A stretch of DNA of 64,000 nt, taken from positions 11,030-75,029 of the forward strand of contig JBJTBM010000117.1 of NCBI GenBank assembly GCA_046091365.1, written 5' to 3'. The position numbers were made by a program, and so were the translations under genes. Positions 1-9,354 of the stretch are shown in pieces (the first letter of the stretch is position 1; each line of letters opens with the position of its first letter). The notes under the pieces were generated by a model. The model was not told the origin of the DNA and ran no database searches. It saw only the letters and a program-made list of their open reading frames with translations. The DNA is from Acidimicrobiia bacterium (GTDB lineage: Bacteria; Actinomycetota; Acidimicrobiia; Acidimicrobiales; Ilumatobacteraceae).

Positions 1-77
1 TCGCGTCCGATCGCGCCTCCTGGATCACCGGTGAGACCTACGTGATCGACGGTGGCGCCGGGGTGAAGAGCGCCTGA
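1..77 (+). CDS. 3' end of a short-chain dehydrogenase/reductase (partial, runs off the window)
   Basis: Frame 3 reads ...ASDRASWITGETYVIDGGAGVKSA*. This is the usual SDR C-terminal ITG..Y.VDGG tail. Stop TGA is at 75-77. Confidence 0.5.
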   Translation, partial: ASDRASWITGETYVIDGGAGVKSA

Positions 78-78
78 A

Positions 79-852
79 TCAGAGCGACTCGAAGATCGCC
101 GGCAAGGTGGGGTAGCGGCCGGTGTTGCCGCCGCCGTCGACGGACACGAACGAAGCGCTCATGAACGCGGACTCGTCGGAGGCGAGGAAAGTTGCCACGT
201 CGGCGATCTCCTCGGGAGTGGCGTGTCGACCGAGTGGGGCGTTCTCCTCGAACTGTCGGACGACCTCGGGCACGGCGAACATCCCGGCGGTGGCGTTCGT
301 GCGCACCAATCCGGGGGCGATGGTGTTGACGCGAACCCCCCGGGGTCCCATCTCCATCGCGGCCACCCGCGTGAGCATCGCCACCCCGGCCTTGGCGGCG
401 CAATAGGCCGACATGCCCGCCGACGGTTGGATGGCGTTGAGCGACGAGATGGTGATGACCGATCCGCCCCGGCGAACGTGCGGTGCGGTGGCCTTGAGTG
501 TGACGAACACTCCCACGAGGCACAGGTCGATGATGCGCCGCCAGTCGGCGAGGTCGTGTTCGTGGATGAGTCCGTAGGTGCCGGCCCCGGCATTGGCCAC
601 CACCACGTCGAACCCACCGAACTCGGCCACTCCGGTCGCGACGGCGGTGTTCGTGCTCTCCTCGTCGGTCACGTCGGACGTCACGGTGAGCAGGCGGCCG
701 CGTTGGCCCTCGGCGAGGCGCGCGAGACCGGCGGAGTCGATGTCGGTCGCCACGACGCGCGCTCCCTCGGCGAGGTAGCGACGGGCGATGGCGGCACCGA
801 TTCCCGAAGCGGCTCCGGTGACGAGGGCGGTCTGGTCGTTGAGTCGGGTCAT
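79..852 (-). CDS. SDR family oxidoreductase
   Basis: 257 aa. The N-terminus has TGAASGIGAAIA (Rossmann TGxxxGIG), plus NAG and a YxxxK-type core. A -10-like TAGCGT lies 6 nt upstream of the ATG. Confidence 0.9.
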   Translation of the reverse strand: MTRLNDQTALVTGAASGIGAAIARRYLAEGARVVATDIDSAGLARLAEGQRGRLLTVTSDVTDEESTNTAVATGVAEFGGFDVVVANAGAGTYGLIHEHDLADWRRIIDLCLVGVFVTLKATAPHVRRGGSVITISSLNAIQPSAGMSAYCAAKAGVAMLTRVAAMEMGPRGVRVNTIAPGLVRTNATAGMFAVPEVVRQFEENAPLGRHATPEEIADVATFLASDESAFMSASFVSVDGGGNTGRYPTLPAIFESL

Positions 853-861
853 GGACGAACG

Positions 862-1977
862 CTAGTGCCGCTCGTCCTCCGGCAAATCGCGCACGAGGAG
901 CGACAGTTCCGTGCGCCGGATCTTGCCCGACGACGTGCGCGGAATGCCGTCCACCCGCACGCGCAGGCTCGGCGCACAGTACGCCGGTAGCGAACCCTTC
1001 ACGTGCTCGCGGATCGCGGCGAGACTCGGCGCGACGCCGGTGTGCACGATCATCACCCGTTGTCCCCACTCGGGGTCCGGTCGTCCGATGACAGCGGCAT
1101 CTTCCACGAGGTCGGACAGCACACGCTCCACGCTCTCGGGCCAGACCTTCTCGCCCCCGGTGACGATCACGTCGCCGATACGACCGTCGACGCTGAGTCG
1201 GCCGTCGGACGACAGCGTGCCGGAATCGCCGGTGTGGAGCCATCCGTCGGAGTCGATCGCCGTCGATCCGTCGCGGTAGGCGCGCATGAGCATCGGCGCG
1301 CGCACGAGGATCTCGCCGTCGGCGACGCGCACCTCGACTCCGTCGATGGCCCGACCGTCGTACACCACGCCCGAACCGGTCTCGGTCATTCCGTAGGTGG
1401 CCACACAGTTCGCCGGACGGTCGGCAGGAGGGCGCGACCCGCCGAGCAGGATGCGACGGAAGCGCGTGGGGTCCACCCGGGCGAGCGCCGTGGCTACGAG
1501 GGAGGTGAGTGAGCACGAGCTGGCGTTCACCCGTTCGGCGTCGAAGCCGTCGTGCACCTCGAGCGGGGTGTCGGTGAGAACCGCCCGACTCACCACCGAG
1601 AATCCGCCGATGTGACCGACGGGCAGACACGCGAGCCAGGCATCGCCCTCCTGTCGGTCGAGGGCCCTCGAGGTCGCCCTTGCCGAGGCGATGAGGGAGT
1701 CCATGGTGTGCACCACGCCCTTGGGCGCACCGGTGGATCCGCTGGTCGCGATGACCAGGGCGTCACCCGCCCCGGTGTCGAGCGCATCATCGAATCGGGA
1801 GTCGCCGAGCGCGGTCATCACCTCGTGGGGGCGAAGCGCGGCGAACAACGCCGCCTTGGCCGGCCGAGGCAGGCGTTGGTCGACGGGCAGCACCGCGTCG
1901 CCGCGATCCCACACCCGTCGGACGATGTCGACCCACGCACCGTCCGTCGGCATGTCGAGAGCGACGAGACGGGGCAC
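862..1977 (-). CDS. menE: o-succinylbenzoate-CoA ligase (AMP-dependent synthetase)
   Basis: 371 aa with the adenylate-forming motifs TSGSTGAPKGV, YGMTE and GKIRR. It sits divergent to menA inside a men cluster. Confidence 0.75.
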   Translation of the reverse strand: MPRLVALDMPTDGAWVDIVRRVWDRGDAVLPVDQRLPRPAKAALFAALRPHEVMTALGDSRFDDALDTGAGDALVIATSGSTGAPKGVVHTMDSLIASARATSRALDRQEGDAWLACLPVGHIGGFSVVSRAVLTDTPLEVHDGFDAERVNASSCSLTSLVATALARVDPTRFRRILLGGSRPPADRPANCVATYGMTETGSGVVYDGRAIDGVEVRVADGEILVRAPMLMRAYRDGSTAIDSDGWLHTGDSGTLSSDGRLSVDGRIGDVIVTGGEKVWPESVERVLSDLVEDAAVIGRPDPEWGQRVMIVHTGVAPSLAAIREHVKGSLPAYCAPSLRVRVDGIPRTSSGKIRRTELSLLVRDLPEDERH

Positions 1978-1983
1978 GCGAGA

Positions 1984-1989
1984 ACTCTA
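1984..1989 (-). promoter_or_regulatory. -10 element TAGAGT for a leaderless menE transcript
   Basis: On the minus strand: TAGAGT, a 6-nt spacer, then the GTG start at 1977. Confidence 0.45.
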
Positions 1990-2027
1990 GGCACGATTCG
2001 CGCGCAACATCCGACCGTCCGGTGCCT

Positions 2028-2033
2028 TAGCGT
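2028..2033 (+). promoter_or_regulatory. -10 element TAGCGT for a leaderless menA transcript
   Basis: TAGCGT, a 6-nt spacer, then the GTG start at 2040. It is back to back with the menE -10. Confidence 0.45.
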
Positions 2034-2039
2034 GGCGAT

Positions 2040-2903
2040 GTGAACAAGTGGATCGTCGGCGCCCGGGTGCGCACCCTGCCCGCCGCCATCGTTCCGGTCG
2101 CGGTCGGTGCGACGGTGGCCGTCGGTGAGCCCGCGGTGACGTGGTGGCGAGTCGTGTTGGCCGGCGTCGTGAGCCTGATGTTGCAGGTGGGTGTGAACTA
2201 CGCCAACGACTACAGCGACGGCGTGCGTGGCACCGACGACATGCGGGTGGGTCCGGCGCGTCTGGTGGGCGGTGGATTGGCCACCGCGCGTGCCGTCAGG
2301 CGAGCGGCGTTCATGTCGTTCCTCGTGGCGGCGGTGGCGGGTTTGGTCTTGGCCCTGCAGACGAGTCTGTGGTTGGTGGTGATCGGACTGGCGTCGATTC
2401 TGGCCGGCTGGTTCTACACCGGAGGCCGGCACCCCTACGGATATCTCGGATTCGGCGAGTTGTTCGTGTTCGTCTTCTTCGGCTTGGTGGCCACCGTGGG
2501 CACCACGTACGTGGTGGCCGAGCGGGTGACCGCGCTGGCGTGGCAGATGGGGGTGTCGGTCGGCGCGTTGGCCTGTGCCTTGCTGGTGACCAACAACCTG
2601 CGTGACATTCCCACCGATCGCGCGGTCGGCAAGCGCACGCTCGCAGTGCGTCTGGGAGACCCCCGTACGCGGCGGTTGTACGTGGGGCTCGTCGTGGGCG
2701 GGGTCGTCATCGGCGCCGCGGCCGCGTGGCAACGGCCGTTGGCGGCGTTGTCGCTCGTGGTGTTGTTGGCGGCGTTGTCCCCGGTTCGTGCGGTGCGCCG
2801 TGGGGCGAGCGGTCGCGAACTGATCGCCGTACTTGCCGGCACGGCTCGGGTGCAGATGGTGTTCGGCGTCGTCGCCTCGCTGACCCTCGCCGTCGGGGCC
2901 TAA
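2040..2903 (+). CDS. menA: 1,4-dihydroxy-2-naphthoate polyprenyltransferase
   Basis: 287 aa polytopic membrane protein of the UbiA family (NDYSDGVRGTD, i.e. the NDxxD motif), in men-cluster context. Confidence 0.85.
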   Translation: MNKWIVGARVRTLPAAIVPVAVGATVAVGEPAVTWWRVVLAGVVSLMLQVGVNYANDYSDGVRGTDDMRVGPARLVGGGLATARAVRRAAFMSFLVAAVAGLVLALQTSLWLVVIGLASILAGWFYTGGRHPYGYLGFGELFVFVFFGLVATVGTTYVVAERVTALAWQMGVSVGALACALLVTNNLRDIPTDRAVGKRTLAVRLGDPRTRRLYVGLVVGGVVIGAAAAWQRPLAALSLVVLLAALSPVRAVRRGASGRELIAVLAGTARVQMVFGVVASLTLAVGA

Positions 2904-3673
2904 ACGAGCCAGTCACGCACGATGCGAGCCACGTGATCGGGTCGCTCGAGATGCGCGGCGTGGCCACAGTCGGGAACGGACGCGAACGTCGCGTTGGCAC
3001 CGATGGCCGCGCTCATGCGGCGGCCGATGTCGTCGAACTTGTGGTCGAGGGCCCCGGCCAACACGAGAACGGGAACCTCGACGGACGCGAGGCGGTCCCA
3101 GAGCGACTCCTGTTCACCGACCCCGTGACGACGCAGACTGCTCGTCAGTCCCTCGACGGTGTTGGTGTGGCGAGCTTCGCGTTCGACGGGGTCGAGCGGT
3201 AGGCCGGCGAAGAGGGGTTGTGTGAGCCACCAGGCTACGAAGTCAGGCACACCCATCTCGTCCACCCGCCCCGCCAGGGCACTGTCGGAGTCCCGGCGTC
3301 GGGCGCGTTCGCCCGGATCGGCGATTCCCGGTGTTCCCCCGATCAGAACCAGACCGCGCAGCGGTGCGTGGGCAACCGCAGCGTGCAGAAGGATGCGGGC
3401 GCCCATCGAGTAACCGACGTAAACGCCGTCTCCGCCGACGTCGACGACCATACGCGCGGCCGTGGTGAGGTCGTAATCGGCTTTCGGTGAGCGACCGTGA
3501 CCGGGGGCGTCGACGCGCACGAACGTGGGTCCGGTTCCGATGGCGTCGACAAGGCGGTCCCACGACCGCGAGGTCTGCGTGAACCCGTGCAGCAACACGA
3601 GACGCCGCCCATCGGTGCCGGGTGATTCGTCCGCGAAGAGCGCGCCCGGACGCGGGCTCCAAGCACGGGTCAT
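2900..3673 (-). CDS. menH: alpha/beta hydrolase, probable SHCHC synthase
   Basis: 257 aa with LLHGFTQTSRSW and a GYSMGA nucleophile elbow. It lies between menA and menD. Confidence 0.7.
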   Translation of the reverse strand: MTRAWSPRPGALFADESPGTDGRRLVLLHGFTQTSRSWDRLVDAIGTGPTFVRVDAPGHGRSPKADYDLTTAARMVVDVGGDGVYVGYSMGARILLHAAVAHAPLRGLVLIGGTPGIADPGERARRRDSDSALAGRVDEMGVPDFVAWWLTQPLFAGLPLDPVEREARHTNTVEGLTSSLRRHGVGEQESLWDRLASVEVPVLVLAGALDHKFDDIGRRMSAAIGANATFASVPDCGHAAHLERPDHVARIVRDWLV

Positions 3674-3679
3674 GACGGA

Positions 3680-4354
3680 TCAGCTCGCCGAGGCGTTCTT
3701 GCGTTCGATGGTTCGTCGAATGACGCGCTCGAAAGTTTCGGTGTCCTGTGCGCCCGGGATCGACCACGCACCGTCGATCACGTAGGTCGGAACCCCCGTG
3801 ATTCCGTGCGACACCGCCGTCGCCAGTTCCTCGCGTACCTCGCCCCGTCCGACGTCGCTCGCCAACATGTCGGCGACATCGGAGCGGTCGCATCCGATGG
3901 CCGTGGCCGCGATCGGCGCCAGCACCTCGGCGTCGGCGACATCGAGGCCCCGCGTGAAGTACGCGTCGAGCAAGGCCGCCTTCACGCGCGATTGGACGGC
4001 GGCTCCGTGCGTGACCCCCGTCCACCACAGGACGCGGTGGGCGAGCAGGGTGTTGGCGCGCTTGGCGACGTCCATGCGGAACTCGATGCCGTCCTCGCGA
4101 GCCGTGGCGGTGAGGTTTTCGATGATTCGGTCGGCTCGCTCGTACCCTCCGAACTTTTTCGCGTAGGTGTCACGGACCGGGTTGGCGACGCCCACGGGAG
4201 CCGTGGGATCGAGTTGATACGCGCGGTACACGACCTCGATCGGTTCGGCGACGGCATCGGGCCCCGAGGTGAGTGCTTCGATGGCGCGATCGAAGCGCAC
4301 CTTTCCGATGTAGCACCAGGGGCACACGACGTCGGACCAGATCTCTATGACCAC
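3680..4354 (-). CDS. DsbA/FrnE-like thiol-disulfide oxidoreductase with no signal peptide
   Basis: A CPWC active site lies about 10 residues from the N-terminus (VVIEIWSDVVCPWCYIGK). The start is placed at GTG 4354 because TAGGTT lies 6 nt upstream. The ORF-track start is 4360. Confidence 0.8.
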   Translation of the reverse strand: MVIEIWSDVVCPWCYIGKVRFDRAIEALTSGPDAVAEPIEVVYRAYQLDPTAPVGVANPVRDTYAKKFGGYERADRIIENLTATAREDGIEFRMDVAKRANTLLAHRVLWWTGVTHGAAVQSRVKAALLDAYFTRGLDVADAEVLAPIAATAIGCDRSDVADMLASDVGRGEVREELATAVSHGITGVPTYVIDGAWSIPGAQDTETFERVIRRTIERKNASAS

Positions 4355-4397
4355 GGACACAACCTACCCAGCAGGTCGGTGGGCGACGCGACGGGGG

Positions 4398-4403
4398 TAG
4401 CGT
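4398..4403 (+). promoter_or_regulatory. -10 element TAGCGT for leaderless menD
   Basis: TAGCGT, a 7-nt spacer, then GTG at 4411. Confidence 0.45.
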
Positions 4404-4410
4404 CAGCCTC

Positions 4411-6066
4411 GTGAGCAAGCCCGAGGACGTCCAGGCTTCGTTCTGCGCCACGCTCGTCGACGAGTGGGCGCGACTCGGCGTTCGGGCGGCGATGATCGCC
4501 CCCGGGTCCCGTTCGACGCCACTGGCGCTGGCTCTGGTGTCACACCCGTCGATCGAAACATCGATCTTCCTCGACGAACGATCCGCGGCGTTCGCCGCCC
4601 TCGGATGGGGTCTCGTCTCCGAGGTGCCCGCGGTCGTTCTGTGTACGTCGGGAACCGCGGCCACGCACTTCCACGCCGCGGTCGCCGAGGCCGACCTGTC
4701 GATGGTGCCTCTGCTCGTCGTCACCGCCGACCGTCCCGGCGAGTTGAAAGACGTCGGTGCGGCTCAGACGATCGACCAAACCGATCTGTTCGGCTCCAAG
4801 GTCCGCTGGTTCCACGAACCCGGTGTCGCGGTCGAGGCGACCCGTCGCACGTGGCGATCCCTGGCCGTACGGGCCTTCGCGGCGACGGTCGGGGTCGATC
4901 CCGGACCCGTGCATCTCAACCTCGCCTTCCGCGAACCGCTTCTCGGTGTGGTCCGGGTCGACGATGACGTTGTGAAGCGTTCGGTGGAGCGCGGCCACTC
5001 CGTGTTGGCGCGTGAGGTCGTGGAGGAACTGGTCGCCACCTGGACGGGGCGCCGCGGTGTGATCATCGCCGGTCGTGGTGCCGCGCACCCGGGGCGATTG
5101 CTCGCCTTGAGTACCGCCCTCGGCTGGCCGCTGTTGGCCGAACCCCGGTCGGGAGCGCAGTCGGGTTCGGTCCTGCACTACGACTCGATCGTTCGTTCGG
5201 CCGGTGCGAGTCTGCGCCCCGAGGTGGTGGTTCGCTTCGGTGAGGCCCCGTCGTCGAAGGTCCTCGGCCGATTCCTCGCCGACTCCGGAGCCACGCAGTG
5301 GCACGTGGCCCGAGGGGGCCGACCCTACGACCCCGACCACGTCGTGGCGGGCTGGTTGCGTTGCGATCCCGACACCTTGATCGACGCCGTGATCGACGCG
5401 TTGCCCGGCGGCGCCGTGAACGGCGACTGGGCGCAGATGTGGCGGGAACGCGACGTCGCGGCCCGGGCCGTGATGTCGGCCCTCGACGATCCGTCCGCCG
5501 AACCCACCGGTCCGAACGTGGCGCGCCACGTGGTGTCGTCGCTACCCGCCGGATCGCATCTCGTGCTGTCGTCGTCGATGCCCATCCGCGACGTCGAGTG
5601 GTTCGCCGGCGACTGCTCGCACCTGATCGTGCATTCGAGCCGCGGTGCCAACGGCATCGACGGAGTGGTGGCCACCGCCATCGGCGTGGCGCTGGCCTCG
5701 GGGCGCCCGACCGGACTGCTCATCGGCGACGTCGCGTTGATCCACGACGCCTCGAGTTTGGCCGCATTGGATCGACGGCCCGTCGACCTGCGGGTGGTCG
5801 TCGTCGATAACGACGGTGGCGGCATCTTCCATCATCTTCCGCAGGCTTCCGCGCTCGACCCGACGGTGTTCGAGCGCCTGTTCGGCACGCCTCACGGGGC
5901 CCACATCGAGGTGATCGCGCGGGGATTCGGGATCGACGCCGACACCGCGCCGACCCTCGGCCGGTTGCGCGAGCGGGTGGCGAACGTCGGACCGACGCTC
6001 ACCGTGGTGCGCACCGATCGTGAGCGCGATCTCGCCGAGCACCGGCGACTGCACGCCGCCGTCTGA
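4411..6066 (+). CDS. menD: SEPHCHC synthase (2-succinyl-5-enolpyruvyl-6-hydroxy-3-cyclohexene-1-carboxylate synthase)
   Basis: 551 aa ThDP enzyme with a MenD-type N-terminus (FCATLVDEWARLGV...APGSRSTPLALA) and a GDxxxxHD ThDP motif. Confidence 0.9.
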   Translation: MSKPEDVQASFCATLVDEWARLGVRAAMIAPGSRSTPLALALVSHPSIETSIFLDERSAAFAALGWGLVSEVPAVVLCTSGTAATHFHAAVAEADLSMVPLLVVTADRPGELKDVGAAQTIDQTDLFGSKVRWFHEPGVAVEATRRTWRSLAVRAFAATVGVDPGPVHLNLAFREPLLGVVRVDDDVVKRSVERGHSVLAREVVEELVATWTGRRGVIIAGRGAAHPGRLLALSTALGWPLLAEPRSGAQSGSVLHYDSIVRSAGASLRPEVVVRFGEAPSSKVLGRFLADSGATQWHVARGGRPYDPDHVVAGWLRCDPDTLIDAVIDALPGGAVNGDWAQMWRERDVAARAVMSALDDPSAEPTGPNVARHVVSSLPAGSHLVLSSSMPIRDVEWFAGDCSHLIVHSSRGANGIDGVVATAIGVALASGRPTGLLIGDVALIHDASSLAALDRRPVDLRVVVVDNDGGGIFHHLPQASALDPTVFERLFGTPHGAHIEVIARGFGIDADTAPTLGRLRERVANVGPTLTVVRTDRERDLAEHRRLHAAV

Positions 6067-6084
6067 TTCGTCGCGTTCGCGCGC

Positions 6085-7272
6085 TCATGGCCGCACGATG
6101 GCCGAGAGCATCGCTTGGAACTTGGCTTGGGTCTCGGCCAGTTCGGACATCGGATCGCTCGCGGCCACGATGCCCCCGCCGGCGGTCAAAGTGGCGGTGC
6201 GTCGGTCCGCCGACAGTTCGGCGCACCGGATCGCCACGGCCCACGTGCCGTTGCCGCGCGCATCGACCCAACCGACCGCTCCGCCGTACATGTCGCGATC
6301 GAACCCTTCGTGCCCGGCGATGAGGGTCAGAGCCTCCTCGCGGGGATGGCCCCCGAGGGCGGGCGTCGGACACAGCGATCGGGCAAGTTCGAGCACGGAC
6401 GGGTGCTGGTCGCGCAGACGACCTTCGATCAATGTTCCGAGATGTTGCACGTTGGCGACCTTGACCACCGACGGCTCGGGTTCCCAATCGAGATAACTGC
6501 AGTGCGGGAGCAACATGTCGTGGATCACGTCGATGACCACGCGGTGCTCGATCTGGTCCTTGATGCTCGCCAGCAACCTCGCGGCCAACTCGTCGTCGGT
6601 GTGCGGGTCGCCCGTGCGTGGCGTGGTGCCAGCCAGCGGATGCGAACGAACGACGTCGCCGTCGACTGCGATGAGAAGTTCGGGTGAGGCACCGATGAAA
6701 CCGTCGATCGAGTATCGGTAACTCGACCCGAACGAGCCGCGCAATCGGGCCAACACCGCGTGCACCGGGATCGCTTCGGAACTCTCGATGGTGATCTGAC
6801 GGGCGATCACCGCTTTCACGAGATCGCCGGCGCGCACCGCGTCACGGGCGGCGGCCACAGCCGACAGATACCGCTCGATCGGGGTGAGTGGTCGCACCGT
6901 GAACGATGCCGGAACGACGGGGGAGGGGGCGGCGAACGTCGGCACGCTCGCTCCGTCGACCGTGGTGCACCAACAGTTCCCCGAACCGTCCTTGCCCACC
7001 AGAACGGCCGGTATCACGGCGGTCCCGCGGGCCCCCGGGAGAAAGGGCAGACGCCCGAAGGCGACCGGACCGACCTCTGGAGCATCCGGTGGGAGTCCGT
7101 GGCTCTCGTGCGAGATGGCGGCGAGGAACGCCGGGGCGTCGTCGAGGTCGACGCGGGCGACGACGCCGCGGCCGGCCCAACCGACCCCGTCGCGGACGAA
7201 CAGGTATCCGTCGTCGGCGGCGACGTCGTTGAGGTCGGGCGCCGAGGCCAACGGAACCGTCACGGCGCGCAT
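6085..7272 (-). CDS. menF: isochorismate synthase
   Basis: 395 aa chorismate-binding enzyme (PTPALGGHPREEA...YGGAVGWVD...AIRC...GGGIV). Confidence 0.85.
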   Translation of the reverse strand: MRAVTVPLASAPDLNDVAADDGYLFVRDGVGWAGRGVVARVDLDDAPAFLAAISHESHGLPPDAPEVGPVAFGRLPFLPGARGTAVIPAVLVGKDGSGNCWCTTVDGASVPTFAAPSPVVPASFTVRPLTPIERYLSAVAAARDAVRAGDLVKAVIARQITIESSEAIPVHAVLARLRGSFGSSYRYSIDGFIGASPELLIAVDGDVVRSHPLAGTTPRTGDPHTDDELAARLLASIKDQIEHRVVIDVIHDMLLPHCSYLDWEPEPSVVKVANVQHLGTLIEGRLRDQHPSVLELARSLCPTPALGGHPREEALTLIAGHEGFDRDMYGGAVGWVDARGNGTWAVAIRCAELSADRRTATLTAGGGIVAASDPMSELAETQAKFQAMLSAIVRP

Positions 7273-7277
7273 GCTCG

Positions 7278-7994
7278 TCAGTCCCGGGTGGCGACCATCA
7301 ACTGTGTGATGCCGCCCGACAACTGTCGATGCTCGGCGTCACCGAAGCCGGCCCGTCGCAGGCTCTCGAGCATCGCTGCGGGTTCGGGAAGGTAGGCGAC
7401 GCTCTTGGGCAGGTAGCGGTATGCCGCAGGGTCGGAGAGCCAACCGCCGATCTTGGGCACGATGCGACCGAAGTAGACGCCGTTGCCGAAACGGACGAGG
7501 CGGTTGCGTGGCACCCCGACGTCGAGCAGGGCGATTCGACCCCCCGGTCGTACGACGCGGCCGAGTTCGTCGAAGAAACTCGGAAGGTCGCGCAGGTTGC
7601 GCAGAGCGAACCCGCACGTGGCGCCATCCACCGATCCATCGGTGATCGGCAGGTTCAAGATGTCGGCTTGGCTCCGCGGGGCTCCGGAGCGATCGGCGGC
7701 CAGCATGCCGAAGCTCAGATCCATGGACAACGGTCGGATGCCGACACGACGCAGATCGACACAGAGGTCGCCGGTGCCGCTGGCCAAGTCGAGCACGAGA
7801 CTGCCGCTCGGCAATCCGAGCAAACGAACCGTCTTGCGCCGCCAGCGGGTGTCGAGGCGGAAGGTCATGATGCGGTTGACGAGGTCGTAGCGGGGCGCGA
7901 TGGCGTCGAACATCTCGCGAACGGCGGTCACCTTGGCGGCGCCCTCGGGGAGCCGCTCGGTGTCCCAGGACGGGCTGTCGGGATCTCGTTCCAC
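7278..7994 (-). CDS. ubiE: demethylmenaquinone methyltransferase
   Basis: 238 aa with FDAIAPRYDLVNRIMTF and a DLASGTGD SAM motif. TAGCCT lies 6 nt upstream of the GTG. Confidence 0.9.
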   Translation of the reverse strand: MERDPDSPSWDTERLPEGAAKVTAVREMFDAIAPRYDLVNRIMTFRLDTRWRRKTVRLLGLPSGSLVLDLASGTGDLCVDLRRVGIRPLSMDLSFGMLAADRSGAPRSQADILNLPITDGSVDGATCGFALRNLRDLPSFFDELGRVVRPGGRIALLDVGVPRNRLVRFGNGVYFGRIVPKIGGWLSDPAAYRYLPKSVAYLPEPAAMLESLRRAGFGDAEHRQLSGGITQLMVATRD

Positions 7995-8110
7995 GGCACG
8001 AGGCTAGGTGTGACCCGTGCCGTTCACGGGTTCGGGGTCGTGGGCATCGGTCACCGAGGGCCATAATCGGGTCAGGTATCCGCCGTTCAGCGCCATGGGG
8101 AGGCACTCAG

Positions 8111-9349
8111 ATGATCGATTTCACCCTCGCACCCGAGCACGAGGCCATTCGTTCGAAGGTCCGTGACTTCGTCGACTCCGAGATCCGGCCGGCGATCGAG
8201 CCGTTCGGACATCGCGAGGAGATGGACGGCGAGAGCCACAAGAAGTATGTGGGCGAACTCATCAAATTGCGCAAGCGCGCGGTGGAGGTGGGTCTGTGGT
8301 TGCCACACATGCCCAAGGAGTGGGGCGGCATGGGACTCGGTCACGTGGCGCTGGCCATGGTGCAGGCCGAGGCGGCCAAGACACGGGTGGGACCGTGGGT
8401 CTTCAACTGCCAGGCGCCTGACGAGGGCAACATGCACACCTTGTTGCACTGGGCGACGCCCGAGCAGAAAGAGAAATACCTGAAGCCCCTGTGCAACGGA
8501 GTGTCTTCGTCGTGCTTCGCCATGACCGAGCCCGAAGTGGCCGGATCCGATCCCACTCTCATTCGCACGCACGCCATCAAGGACGGCGACGAGTGGATCA
8601 TCAACGGACACAAGTGGTTCATCTCGGGGGCCAATCGCGCCAAGTTCGCCATCCTGATCGCCCGCACCGAGATGGACGTGCCCGAGGGCTCGCGCGGGGC
8701 CAACACGGCGTTCATCATCGACCTGCCGACCGAAGGCTGGAACAACGTGCGCGAGGTCGAGACCATGCACGGCCCGGGCGGCCACAGCGAGATCGTCATC
8801 TCCGACCTGCGCGTACACGACTCGCAGATTCTCGGTGGTCGCGGCAACGGTCACCGACTCGGTCAGTACCGACTCGGACCGGCGCGTCTGGCCCACTGCA
8901 TGCGCTGGATCGCCCAGGCCGAGAGTGCCCTGAACATGATGGTCGACCGTTCGTTGAAGCGTTACTCGCACGGGTCGTACCTGGCCGAGAAGCAGGGTGT
9001 GCAATGGATGATCGCCGACTCGGCGATGGAGATCTACCAGTGCAAACTCATGATCCTGCACGCCGCGTACAAGATCGATCGGGGCGACGACTTCCGCACC
9101 GAGGTGTCGATGGCCAAGCACTTCGTCGCGAACTCGTTGAACCGCGTGATCGACCGGGCCATTCAGGTGCACGGTGCCCTCGGTTACTCGACGGACACTC
9201 CGTTGGCCAACATGATGCAGCACGCACGGTGGGCGCGGTTCGCCGACGGCGCCGACGAGATCCACCAGATGCGCATCGCCGAGAACACCATCAAGGCGTT
9301 CACCGACACTGGGTCAACGAGCAAGGCCACCGGCGACCTGCCGATCTGA
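8111..9349 (+). CDS. acyl-CoA dehydrogenase
   Basis: 412 aa with the ACAD fold (CFAMTEPEVAGSDP, GGxGxG, C-terminal helical domain). The SD sequence GGGGAGG precedes the ATG. Confidence 0.9.
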   Translation: MIDFTLAPEHEAIRSKVRDFVDSEIRPAIEPFGHREEMDGESHKKYVGELIKLRKRAVEVGLWLPHMPKEWGGMGLGHVALAMVQAEAAKTRVGPWVFNCQAPDEGNMHTLLHWATPEQKEKYLKPLCNGVSSSCFAMTEPEVAGSDPTLIRTHAIKDGDEWIINGHKWFISGANRAKFAILIARTEMDVPEGSRGANTAFIIDLPTEGWNNVREVETMHGPGGHSEIVISDLRVHDSQILGGRGNGHRLGQYRLGPARLAHCMRWIAQAESALNMMVDRSLKRYSHGSYLAEKQGVQWMIADSAMEIYQCKLMILHAAYKIDRGDDFRTEVSMAKHFVANSLNRVIDRAIQVHGALGYSTDTPLANMMQHARWARFADGADEIHQMRIAENTIKAFTDTGSTSKATGDLPI

Positions 9350-9354
9350 GCTGG

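Noticed and set aside
38-1630. A 530-aa ORF on the minus strand, together with the many other 100-500-aa ORFs rich in Arg/Pro/Gly that overlap annotated genes throughout the track.
   Set aside because: These are typical shadow ORFs of G+C-rich DNA. They have low-complexity RPG-rich translations and no recognisable motifs. Each overlaps, in another frame or on the other strand, a gene with clear family signatures (here the SDR and menE).
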